Assembly: GCF_964355755.1 (NCBI RefSeq)
Contig: NC_092673.1
Span: forward strand, 11,566,948 to 11,630,947
Direction: 5' to 3'
Origin: Antedon mediterranea
Taxonomy: Eukaryota > Animalia > Echinodermata
DNA: 64,000 nucleotides
The position numbers and the translations under genes were made by a program. This document shows, in pieces, positions 25,016 to 35,758 of this stretch. The notes under the pieces are model-generated. The model was not told the origin of the DNA and searched no databases. It saw only the letters and a list, made by a program, of their open reading frames with translations. The stretch's first letter is position 1. Each line of letters starts with the position of its first letter.

Positions 25016-25051
25016 CAGGGAGTTGTAAAATAATAATTTTACAACTCCCTG
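25016..25051. mobile_element. 36-bp TIR-only micro-transposon
   Basis: Perfect 16-bp TIR cagggagttgtaaaat with 4-nt spacer; 7-bp TSD ctcccag; absent from three paralogous PLE copies. Confidence 0.85.
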
Positions 25052-25290
25052 CTCCCAGATCGGTAAAATTATTCCATTGACTACAAAAATTTAAGTTTCA
25101 ATATTAACCACCATTTAAGCTGTTTTTTAACTCATTCCAAAATTGTTTATATCTCTACCAAGCTACCTTCTTTTTGTTTTCTACTCTTATTCAGACTCCA
25201 TCCTGTCTCCCTTTGTTATATTTCTTTTATTCCTGTCCACCCAGGCAGCACTTGCCAGCTTTATACTATGACGTTATCCAAATTCCTTCA

Positions 25291-25335
25291 CTTGCACTGA
25301 TGAAGGGCTAGTGCTGCCCGAAAGCTCTGCTAACT
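25291..25335 (+). ncRNA. Minimal type I hammerhead ribozyme of the PLE pseudo-LTR
   Basis: UGCA-CUGAUGA-A-GGGC-UAGUGCU-GCCC-GAA-AGCU-C^UGC; palindromic AGCU stem III as in dimeric PLE hammerheads; predicted cut after 25327. Confidence 0.85.
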
Positions 25336-25452
25336 TTTCTGGCTGTTTTACTTCTCGTTTTGATTTAGCTTTTCGCTTTTATTTCGTATCTCCATTGAGA
25401 TCCAGCCACTGATACCCACACCATTGTCATTTTTTCAGTAATTTGCCTTTGG

Positions 25453-25455
<3 letters not shown>

Positions 25456-25546
<91 letters not shown>
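25456..25546. repeat. (TA)n microsatellite, ~45 units
   Basis: Direct reading. Confidence 0.98.
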
Positions 25547-25551
<5 letters not shown>

Positions 25552-25795
25552 GAAACGATAAAGATGAGGAAATCTGTGAGAATGAGAAAAAGTCGCCCCA
25601 ACCGACACTCGAACCGCCTGCTTGATGCAGATGTCCTAACCATTAGACCACTGAGGCTTTCATGGTATTGTTCAAACTCGATAGACAAATTCTCTGGTGC
25701 GCGTGCGTACAACTGAGGACTAGTGCTGTTCCACCGTACCACGCCGAGAATGTTAAAGAGTCGCTATCCAATCGAGTTTGAACAATACCATGAAA

Positions 25796-25867
25796 GCCTC
25801 AGTGGTCTAATGGTTAGGACATCTGCATATCGAGCAGGCGGTCCGAGTTCGAGTCTCGGTTGGGGCG
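25796..25867 (+). tRNA. tRNA-like module, anticodon ATC, probably non-translational
   Basis: 72-nt cloverleaf, A box TGGTCTAATGG, B box GTTCGAGTC, followed by TTTTT. Confidence 0.6.
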
Positions 25868-26164
25868 ACTTTTTCTCATTCTCACAGATTTCCTCGTCTT
25901 TATCGTTTCAAATTAATTAATTAAATTTCAGTATATCACCGGGCGGTTTAGAATTAATGTTCTTTGCCTCTTGTGTTTATATATATAAAAGTATCTCTTC
26001 GGAGATCCCGCCTCGTGAATAAAAATACTGAAAGATGAGGGCGTATCAATTTGATCTCTGGTGCGCGTGCGTACAACTGAGGACTAGTGCTGTTCCGCCG
26101 TACCACGCCGAGAATGTTAAAGAATCGTTATCCAATCGAGTTCGAACAATACCATGAAAGTTCA

Positions 26165-26236
26165 GCCCCAGTGGTCTCATGGTTAGGACATCTGCATATC
26201 AAGCAGGCGGTCCGAGTTCGAGTCTCGGTTGGGGCG
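26165..26236 (+). tRNA. tRNA-like module, anticodon ATC, probably non-translational
   Basis: Same 72-nt cloverleaf with one D-loop substitution. Confidence 0.6.
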
Positions 26237-26290
26237 ACTTTTTCTCATTCTCACAGATTTCCTCATTCTCACAGATTTCCTCATCTTTAT

Positions 26291-26900
26291 TTTTATTTTT
26301 ATTTTATTTTATTTTATTCAATCAAAACCAACAGCGATAAATACCGCCACTAACAGGTTTGAAACATAAAACAATACAACATCAAAAACGGTTAACAATA
26401 AAATACAGATAAAATATATAATATATATATATATAAAACATAAATTGGCATGCCATAAAAAATTTCAATTAAAACAGGTTATGCAGACTGTTCAAGAAGT
26501 GAACACATCATCGTCCTCTTAAAATAACCAAGTCTATCATTAAAAATATCGATATGATTGCTATTTAGATTATTAAATGTATAAGGTAGTCTATGAAAAA
26601 GTCCCCTCTTAGTACAGTCGACACGGCTAAAAGGAATATGCAATAAATGTCTATTTCGTGTACGACCAGGAACATTTAAACTAAATAGTGAAATTAATGA
26701 ACAGTCATATTTAGAATTTAAAATATTATATAAAAAAACCATATCAGATATCGTTCGACGATTGCTGACAGAATCAATAGAAAAGGCAAAATTAACACAG
26801 TTATAAGACAGGAATCGAACAAACTTCCGTTGAACAGTGTCGATTCGACGGGCCTGACATGGAGAAATTGAATTGAAAATTGCGCTTGGTTGAAAAGCCA
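26291..26900 (-). mobile_element. CR1-group LINE 3' fragment inserted in the repeat array
   Basis: ORF 26479-26907 resembles the C-terminus of the 41830-42972 RT; shared 3' UTR motif; (TAAAA)n tail. Confidence 0.85.
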
Positions 26901-27155
26901 GTTTCAAATTAATTAATTAAATTTCAGTATATCACCGGGCGGTTTAGAATTAATGTTCTTTGCCTCTTGTGTTTATATATATAAAAGTATCTCTTCGGAG
27001 ATCCCGCCTCGTGAATAAAAATACTGAAAGATGAGGGCGTATCAATTTGATCTCTGCTGCGCGTGCGTACAACTGAGGACTAGTGCTGTTCCGCCGTACC
27101 ACGCCGAGAATGTTAAAGAGTTGTTATCCAATCGAGTTCGAACAATACCATGAAA

Positions 27156-27227
27156 GCCCCAGTGGTCTAATGGTTAGGACATCTGCATATCAAGCAGGCG
27201 GTCCGAGTTCGAGTCTCGGTTGGGGCG
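27156..27227 (+). tRNA. tRNA-like module, anticodon ATC, probably non-translational
   Basis: Acceptor GCCCCAG/TTGGGGC+G, D stem GTCT/GGAC, anticodon stem TCTGC/GCAGG with loop ATATCAA, T stem CCGAG/CTCGG with loop TTCGAGT. Confidence 0.65.
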
Positions 27228-27373
27228 ACTTTTTCTCATTCTCACAGATTTCCTCATCTTTATCGTTTCAAATTAATTAATTAAATTTCAGTATATCACC
27301 GGGCGGTTTAGAATTAATGTTCTTTGCCTCTTGTGTGTATATATATAGGCGGAGGTATATAGAGCTATATATA

Positions 27374-27407
27374 GGCGGAGGTATGCACTCTCGGAGTGGC
27401 TTTCTAG
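27374..27407 (+). mobile_element. Helitron-like 3' terminus
   Basis: Hairpin cactc-tcg-gagtg followed by CTAG^T; no 5' end found. Confidence 0.5.
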
Positions 27408-27989
27408 TTATAATTATGCAATTCAATTCACTTTTATTTTAGAACAAAGTCCATATCATAACACATAATAATATTCTAAAATATAAATGTAAAGTAAGTA
27501 AAAAAATCTATACCACATGTCGCACATAATGCCGTCGGAAAACCGTCGGTTTTCAATTGGAGTGAAAAAACATTATAATGGCTATACTGATAACAAGTTA
27601 ACATACGTAAAAAAGTATACATGAAATTATTTATACAGAAGTTCAATCCATTTTCTGTGCAACTTTGAATCTTTCAGAATTCGAGAAAAAACACATGTTA
27701 TTAAAGTATTACAGCTTTTTTCAATTTTTGTTTTGAAACAAAAAATTGATTTCCGAATGTACTCATAGAAGGAGGAAACATGGTTATCAACAAACATTGC
27801 ACTATCACTAAAATCTTTCTAAATGCGTTATTATAACAGACCTGGTAAATGACTTGAAATGTTGGATTTCTTTGCTAGATGTTCCAAGAAGTACGTAAAG
27901 ACAATAGTCGAACACTGCTGTTATCGATTGCATGACTAATGTAATTTTGACTTTCAGCAGTGCAGTCCCGGTACTAGAGCCGTAACTAT

Positions 27990-29100
27990 ATAGGCAGACT
28001 GAAAGGAACATTGTAAATCATATTGGTCTACATTGAGTAGATTTACAAGATAAGGCAGCTTTCTCGAATAATTTTGAAAGTGATGGAATGTTTGAGACCG
28101 GGCGGTAGTTCTTCAAAGTGTCTTTGAGTTGATTTCTTGAGGATAGGTGTTATAATGGCATTTGTTAAAGAAACTGGAATGAAGCTAATAAAGTATTGCT
28201 GATAAAAGATGGAAGAATTGAATTGAAATATATATTTATACTGGGTAACCTCTTCAGTCAAAGACTGGTCTCCCAGAGGGCCCAGTTGGTGATCAGTGGC
28301 TGTGATGTACTAATACACCGGGGTAACCCCCTACTCGTCTCGAAAGATGTACTAGGTTCTTTAAAGTGCACACGAGCTAGATGTGTACACTGGACCTACG
28401 GTTTATAGTCCTTATCCGAGAAGACTCGTTCTACCACCAGAACCATGGAGTGAGTGAGCCTCGAACCCATGCCGATGTTATGGCTACGTAATTGCGGTTC
28501 CACTGTCTTAACCGCTCGGCCACTCACTCAGAGCTTCAGCATTCTCCTTAACAAGACAGATAAACTACAAATAGCTGATGTATCTCAGATGAAGAAAACA
28601 CAGAAAATGAATTAAAAGTAAAAACCGTTGTGTCGTTGAATGCAGAGATGTCGATGATGAAAAATCAGAATTTAAATTTTTTTATTTTTAATTGTATGTA
28701 ATTTTGTCAACAAAAATATCGCTAAAACGCCTACACAATATTTGAAGTGAATCGGTATATTGAGTACGGTAGGTAACAGTACTCTTGTTAAACATTTTAA
28801 AAAACAGACTTTGCATCAGCAGAGGCTATAGAGATTAGTTTGGTAAAACGTTGAATTTTCCTTTTCTGCAACCAGGTTAAAGGATTTTAGTTCATTTTCA
28901 TAAATAAAAATAAAATCACGATATCGCTGACGGTTGTCCATGGTTGGGTGTTTCCGATATGCCCGCTCAGCTTTAAAAACGCTGTTCTTTTGCTGAATGG
29001 TCATTTAAAATATACCATACGCGGCACATGGTCACATAGCAAAAGCGAGGTTCCTAGTGAACCTGTATTCCAATTGTCTATCCTATTGAGTGTACAATGC
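27990..29100 (-). pseudogene. Highly decayed L2-like LINE RT fragment
   Basis: AIITPILKK followed, in a shifted frame, by an NYRPVSNIP-like motif near 28060-28180; boundaries approximate. Confidence 0.5.
28216..28529 (-). mobile_element. tRNA-headed SINE with Deu/Nin-type central domain
   Basis: A box TGGCCGAGCGG, B box GGTTCGAGGC; gataaggactataaaccgtaggtcc...gagtagggggttaccccggtgt resembles the Deu core; second copy at 62655-62938. Confidence 0.85.
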
Positions 29101-30865
29101 GACATTTTAACTTCAACTGCCAAGTTCTTGCCTATTCGCTATCTGTATCAGTATGACATTAGACCATGACATCATGTTCCCTTGATTGCAACACACTGCT
29201 TCCTTCTAAGAAACATTCTACTATTCATTTGAGAATATTCCAATCAATATCATACATGCTTGTACTTTATTCAGTCTTTGATGTGGGACTGCAAAGGCTT
29301 ACACGTCATGAACTGCACACATCCAGCAATTTCCATTTTCTCTTGTAATGTGCAATTCGTCTTCTTCTCATCTCTCCATCTTCTCTTTTATCTTCCTCTC
29401 CTTGGTTGCCATTCTTTGAGCATCTTGATCCATCTATTGTCTTCTCTTGTTAATTGTCCTGCTCATCTCCATTTAATTTCTTTGACCTTTTCTATATATA
29501 AGTTTGCTTTTTTGTCTTAAACTCAGTGTTTCTGACTTTGTCACAAAGTGATAAATGAAGCGTTCTTCTTTCATAGCTATCTGAGTTGGTACATAGTTAG
29601 TTTTAAATTAATTTAGCCGCAGTTTCTTCTTAAAGTCATATTTTGCATTTCTACTCAACAGCTACAGTATATTTCTTGTTTGTATATTTCTTTTGTACTG
29701 CTATAGTGCTTTGTAGCAGTAAACACGCATTCTTTTGTCACTAGCAAATAGACCTTCTTCCTATCATTATTTTTATGAATGGACACAGTAGTATTTTTTA
29801 ATGATTGATGAAAAACATGTTGGGAAATTATTATGCCAATGCTTTTTCTGATCATGACACTCCAGCAGAATGTTTTGGTAATTTAAGACTTCTTTTAGGA
29901 TAAGGAAGGTAAACATTCTTGCAGATTAAATAGGCAATGGTGAATCAGACTGGTCAAAAGGAATCATCTATGTCATGCAAAATGTTTTTTTGGTCTTTTA
30001 CAATGGTAATACAATGTCAATCGTTAAAGCAAGAGTTATAAATTGAACTGCATAAATAAAATTACAATTTGTTTCCTCTGTTGTAAAACCACACATTTAC
30101 ATATGTTTATCATTGACTCTGTTCAATACTTTGGACACCGCGGGCCGGGCGGGGTGCTTATTTCGTTTCATGTTTTACTAGACCCTTTTCACTAATAAGT
30201 GTAATTCCATGGATCAGCTGCTTTCCTTTTCGAATTTTCTGAGCTCCACCCCAGCCATGGTGGGTTGGTCCTATAATACTTTATAATATTTCGTTTCACA
30301 TCGGCATGAGTCATGTAAAGTGCCATTTCCGTTCCGGTCCGGACCTAACAGCTCTATTTTTTGACAATTTACAACCGCCTCTGTTCTCCCGCCTAAAAAC
30401 GTTCAATTATGGTTTACATTGTCGTGGTCCATCTAGGCCTAATTAAAATAAGTTCATCATAAATTCACCAAAAAGAGAAAGAAAAGAGATGGTGTACGCC
30501 TGCGACTCCTTAACCTAAAAATGATTTAATTTTCAAAATATGCCTACGCCTAATATTACATATGGCAGACGTTCTATTAACGCAGGCCGCCTACAAAATT
30601 ATAATTGAAGTAGCAATTGTGTTTAGTTTCACTGTACGAAAAATCTCTTATAGAATGTAATATAAGATTCAAGATTCAAGAAATTGTAATTTAAAATGGA
30701 AATTTGTTTTTCTTTGGCATAAAGACAAAACAACAAAGCAAAAAAATAATTGTCATTTGTCATTTTAGAAGTTTCACTATTTTTCTGTGGTTTGAAGAAA
30801 AAGACATTCAGGAAAAATATCTTTTAAATTGATCAAAAATGTGTCCTATTATTTTGGTAGGAAGA

Positions 30866-30873
30866 TGACGTCA
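30866..30873 (+). promoter_or_regulatory. Palindromic CRE (TGACGTCA) in the candidate promoter of the TGFBR3-like gene
   Basis: Exact motif, with ATTGG and (CT)n(CA)n nearby; function is inference. Confidence 0.35.
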
Positions 30874-31023
30874 TAGGTTGTAGCGTATTAAACAAACCAC
30901 CACCACCACCATTTCATTGGACGTACGACGTCCATCTCTCTCTCTCTATACACACACACACACAGTACACGCACCCACACACATTATTATTATGCGAATT
31001 ACACAAACCAGGTCAGAAAGTGT

Positions 31024-34000
31024 TAGACAAGTTCTATTTCCTCTGAAATATGATGTAAGAAGCATTTTTGGGTAGAAGCTGGGATCCACTTGATTTAGGA
31101 TATTTCGACCTCGCTGATTACGAATATGGCGGATCCCAAGCGAAATTCGGCCATCTAAGCCCTTAATTTGCATAATTAAAAATGGCGGCCATTTTTTATA
31201 ATTACCCTATATCTCGAGAACCACTAGTCACAGATAATTAATTTTGGTGTCAAAATGTTTTAAATATATGTTTTTATATTCACTTTAATGACACATTTTC
31301 TCAACAAATTGATGCAAGTCGTATTTCTGACATTTTGACCTTTGACCTTGATTTATCGTATCTCAGTAACCAATAATCGGAGAGACACGAAATAGGGCTC
31401 AAATTGTTCAGAAACTATACATTCTTATTTATTATAATGAAATGTTTTTACAAAATATGGCCGATTCTACAACTATTGACCTTTGAACTATTAGTCAAAT
31501 ATAATAATATAATAATAATATAACTTTGAAAATTGTGGTCTTATGAATTTTTTTTTCTTTTTAAATTGTTTAAAACATGTGTGTTTCTATACAGTCTAAT
31601 GGCACATTTTGTACAAGAATGGCCGATAGTATGGTTATTGACCTTTAAACTACAGCATAGGCCTACTGTATACTGAATATAATATAATATAATTGCATAA
31701 CTATGAAATTATTTATACTCAATAATAATTAGTAAAATTATAAAATTCACTGCCATCAAATATGATGTGTTATGATTTATATAGATTTAAAAAAAAATTG
31801 AACACGCAAGTTACATTTGTTGAAATTTAAAATTACCTGCCATCAATATGATGGAGTATGATTATAGATTTTTAAAAATGTGAACATGTCAGCTACATTT
31901 GGAAATTACCTGCCATCAATATGATGGATTATGATTATAGATTTAAAAAAGAATTTGAACACATAAGCTACATTAGAAAATTACCTGCCATCAATATGAT
32001 GGATTATGATTATAGATTTAAAAAAGGATTTGAACACGTCAGCTACATTTGGAAATTACCTGCCATCAATATGATGGATTATGATTGTATAGTACCTGCC
32101 ATCAATATGATGGATTATGATTGTATAGTACCAGCCATCAATATGATGGATTATGATTATAGAATTAAAAAAGAATTTGAACACGTCAGCCACATTTGGA
32201 AATTTGGAAATTACCTGCCATCAATATGATGGATTATAATTGTATAGGTTTGAAAGAAAAGTGAACACGTAAGCTACATTTGGAATGAACATGTTAAGGG
32301 CATCAGTTTTGATCATTCATGCAAAGGTTTCCGTCATCTTTAGCGTTGTTACAGTAGCATATTAAAGCTGTACATGGTAGTTTTGACTTTTTGCACCTAC
32401 ATCTATATGGTTATGCATCGTGTCTTGCATCCACAATAAATTATCTCTAACGAAGCAGTAGGAATAGCTTCATTTTTCAGAAGCACTGGTTGAAGTTTAC
32501 CATTAGATAGCTCCCAACCAAAATATGTTGGTGATGGCAAATGCTGGATTGGCGATACAGCTTTTTTCAATACGAGTGCTTGGAAGTGTGCTCTTTTTAT
32601 ATGCTGGTGCACTGCATCGCTTGTTGGAGGTAATGCCTCTGGTTTTGTTTTTTTATTTAAACATGGCATGCCTAACTTAAAACTGTCGATAAAGGACACC
32701 ACCAGACAAAGATGAACCAAAACACAGAGACCAATTCGTCGAATTATAGAAAGTGGTGAAATACCGCTGCCAAATTGCTGGTCAAACTTGTTGGCATTAC
32801 AAGATAATAATGCAGATCTGACACGATTTCTATCAGAGGAGTTGATTCGTCAAGCTCCTATAGACAAAGAAATTGTCACAGCTGGTGGATTTATGAAAGA
32901 ATCAGTTGTTAAATCATCAAAATTGTACACGAATACGTTGTCTCTGGTCAGACCATGAAGAATCGGACACGAGACTTGTCATGCTGCCAATGTCCGATAC
33001 GACACAGTTGTAGTTGCTTCTAGGGATACAGACGTACTAGTGATTCTAGTGTCTCACTACCAAAGCATGGTATCCAAATGGATGATGACAGGGACATCCA
33101 AAAAAAGAAAGTATCTATAAAAGACATTTTTCAAGCCTTGCCCGAGGGTTCTGCAAAAGCACTGATTCCATTCCACACTATTAGTGGATGCGATACTACC
33201 TCATATCCAGGGAAGAGTTAAATTACATTAATACATACATACAGTAATTTAACTCTTCACTGCTCATATCTAAGTGGTCACTCAAAGGCATCGGCATGGG
33301 AAGTATTAAAAAAAGGTATGAACTAATTAAAGACCTGGGAGAAAACCTATCAGTGACCAAGTTATTATGAAATCGGAAAGATTCATTTGCTACGTTTACG
33401 GTGTTGGTCAAGTTAAAAGTACCAATAAAGTTAGGCTTTAAAAAAAAAGGCATTACCTCCAACAAGCGATGCAGTGCACCAACATATAAAAAGAGCACAC
33501 TTCCAAGCACTCGTATGGAAAAAAGCTGTATCGCCAATCCAGCATTTGCCATCACCAACATATTTTGGTTGGGAGCTATCTAATGGTAAACTTCAACCAG
33601 TGCTTCTGAAAAATGAAGCTATTCCTACTGCTTCGTTAGAGATGATTTATTGTGGATGCAAGACACGATACATAACCAATAGATGTAGGTGCAAAAAGTC
33701 AAAACTACCATGTACAGCTTTATGCCGCTGTAACAACGCTAAAGATGACGGAAACCTTTGCATGAATGATCTTAACTGATGCCCTTAACATGTTCATTCC
33801 AAATGTAGCTTACGTACGTGTTCACATTTTCTTTTAAATCTATACAATCATAATCCATCATATTGATGGCAAGTAATTTTCAAATGTAGCTTACGTGTTC
33901 AAATTCTTTTTTAAATCTATAATCATAATCCATTATATTGATGGCAGGTACTATACAATCATAATCCATCATATTGATGGCAGGTAATTTCCAAATTTCC

Positions 34001-35206
34001 AAATGTAGCTTACGTGTTCAAATTCTTTTTAAAATCTATAATCATAATCCATCATATTGATGGCAGGTAATTTCCCAATTTCCAAATGTAGCTGACGTGT
34101 TCAAATTCTTTTTTAATTCTATAATCATAATCCATCATATTGATGGCAGGTAATTTCCAAATTTCCAAATGTAGCTGACGTGTTCAAATTCTTTTTTAAA
34201 TCTATAATCATAATCCATCATATTGATAGCAGGTAATTTTCTAATGTAGCTTACGTGTTCAAATTTTTATTTAAATCTATAATCATAATCCATCATATTG
34301 ATGGCAGGTAATTTCCAAATGTAGCTGACATGTTCACATTTTAGAAAATCTATAAGCACACTCCATCATATTGATGGCAGGTAATTTCAAATTTCAAATT
34401 TCAAAACATGTAACTTGCGTATTCAAATTCCTTTTTAAATCTATATAAATCATAACACATCATATTTGATGGCAGTGAATTTTATAATTTTACTAATTAT
34501 TATTGTGTATAAATAATTTCATAGTTATGCAATTATATTATATTTAGTATACAGTAGGCCTATGCTGTAGTTTAAAGGTCAATAACCATACTATCGGCCA
34601 TTCTTGTACAAAATATGCCATTAGACTGGATAGAAACACACATGTTTTAAACAATTTAAAAAGAAAAAAAAATTCATAAGACCACAATTTTCAAAGTTAT
34701 ATTATTATTATATTATTATATTTGACTAATAGTTCAAAGGTCAATAGTTGTAGAATCGGCCATTTTTTGTAAAAATATTTCATTATAATAAATATGAATG
34801 TATAGTTTCTGAACAATTTGAGCCCTATTTCGTGTCTCTCCGATTATTGGTTACTGAGATACGATAAATCAAGGTCAAAGGTCAAAATGTCAGAAATACG
34901 ACTTGCATCAATTTTTTGAGAAAATGTGTCATTAAAGTGAATATAAAAACATATATTTAAAACATTTTGACACCAAAATTAATTATCTGTGACTAGTGGT
35001 TCTCGAGATATAGGGTAATTATAAAAAATGGCCGCCATTTTTAATTATGCAAATTAAGGGCTTAGATGGCCGAATTTCGCTTGGGATCCGCCATATTCGT
35101 AATCAGCGAGGTCGAAATATCCTAAATCAAGTGGATCCCAGCTTCTACCCAAAAATGCTTCTTGATTCGTTTTCTAGGCCGTTTTTTGAGAAATGGAACC
35201 TGTCTA
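31024..35206 (+). mobile_element. Academ DNA transposon, internally deleted, with ~1.6-kb inverted arms
   Basis: TAG...CTA termini; 3-bp TSD tgt; transposase relics DTDVLVILVSHY, FHTISGCDTT (XPG-like), HIKRAHFQALVW...CGCK...CRCKKSKLPCTALCRC. Confidence 0.9.
31750..32290. repeat. ~74-bp tandem repeat in Academ arm (mirror array at ~33795-34480)
   Basis: Unit ttacctgccatcaatatgatggattatgattatagatttaaaaaagaatttgaacacg..agctacatttggaaa. Confidence 0.9.
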
Positions 35207-35758
35207 TGTAGTGAGCGAAGGCTCTGTCGCGAAATTGAAAAATTCAATTGAATTTACTCTAATTAAACTACTATTTTCCTTTCCGGATTTAAGTAGGTTC
35301 TTCGGTATTTGTTGATCAACATAACTGGTTAATAATTTGATCTCAACTCTTTATGGAATTGAAATAGTAAGTTACCGTTTTTTCTACAGAGCTCAAACGT
35401 TAGGCTACAAAACTGATTGTTGTTTTCGTAGCACGCAGCGGTGGTGTCGTGTGGCATGGCGTTTTTTATTGTTGTCGTTGAGATGGGAAGCCTCTATCAT
35501 ACGCCTATTATAAACGGTCATACAATACCTCTGTGACGAAAGAAAGAACATCCAATTAAATAAATGCACTTTTATATTTTGAATGTTTACTGTTTCCTAT
35601 TACATTACAGTACTAGGCTATTATATTAGTATTAATATTAGCCTAGCTAGGCCAACCTAGGCCTAGGCCCTAGCTAGGCTAGCTAATTAATATATGATGT
35701 ACTGTTCTGTACACTAGGCCTAGGTAGGAAGACTAGCTGCCATGCCCTAGTATTAATG

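Larger units (their letters stand above)
21741..25455 (+). mobile_element. Near full-length Penelope-like retroelement (Neptune-type), ORF disrupted, partial-tandem pseudo-LTRs
   Basis: [54 protein letters not shown], Cys-rich linker CGKSCKTC, GIY-YIG (VIYLIYCNICGKQYVGET); 21741-21885 repeats 25311-25455; flanked by (TA)n. Confidence 0.95.
25547..27345 (+). mobile_element. 364-bp tRNA-module repeat array: inverted partial unit 25547-25682, then ~3 direct units
   Basis: Period 364 (26901 to 27265); each unit ends in TATATATA; interrupted by a CR1 fragment. Confidence 0.92.

Noticed and set aside
27156-27227. Functional tRNA-Asp gene cluster
   Set aside because: ATC anticodon, A32 and a body unlike canonical tRNA-Asp; flanks are conserved as part of a repeat unit. 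Reported as tRNA-like.
25723-27280. Three similar short ORFs (MLF.RTTPRMLK...)
   Set aside because: GTG-start translations of the 364-bp unit; indels between copies shift the frame.
31921-32229. Repeat-protein ORF (MMDYDYRFKKEF...)
   Set aside because: Translation of the ~74-bp tandem repeat in the Academ arm; the unit length does not keep frame.
32403-32720. Separate host gene or convergent gene pair with 33474-33779
   Set aside because: Inverted duplicate of the Academ transposase C-terminus.
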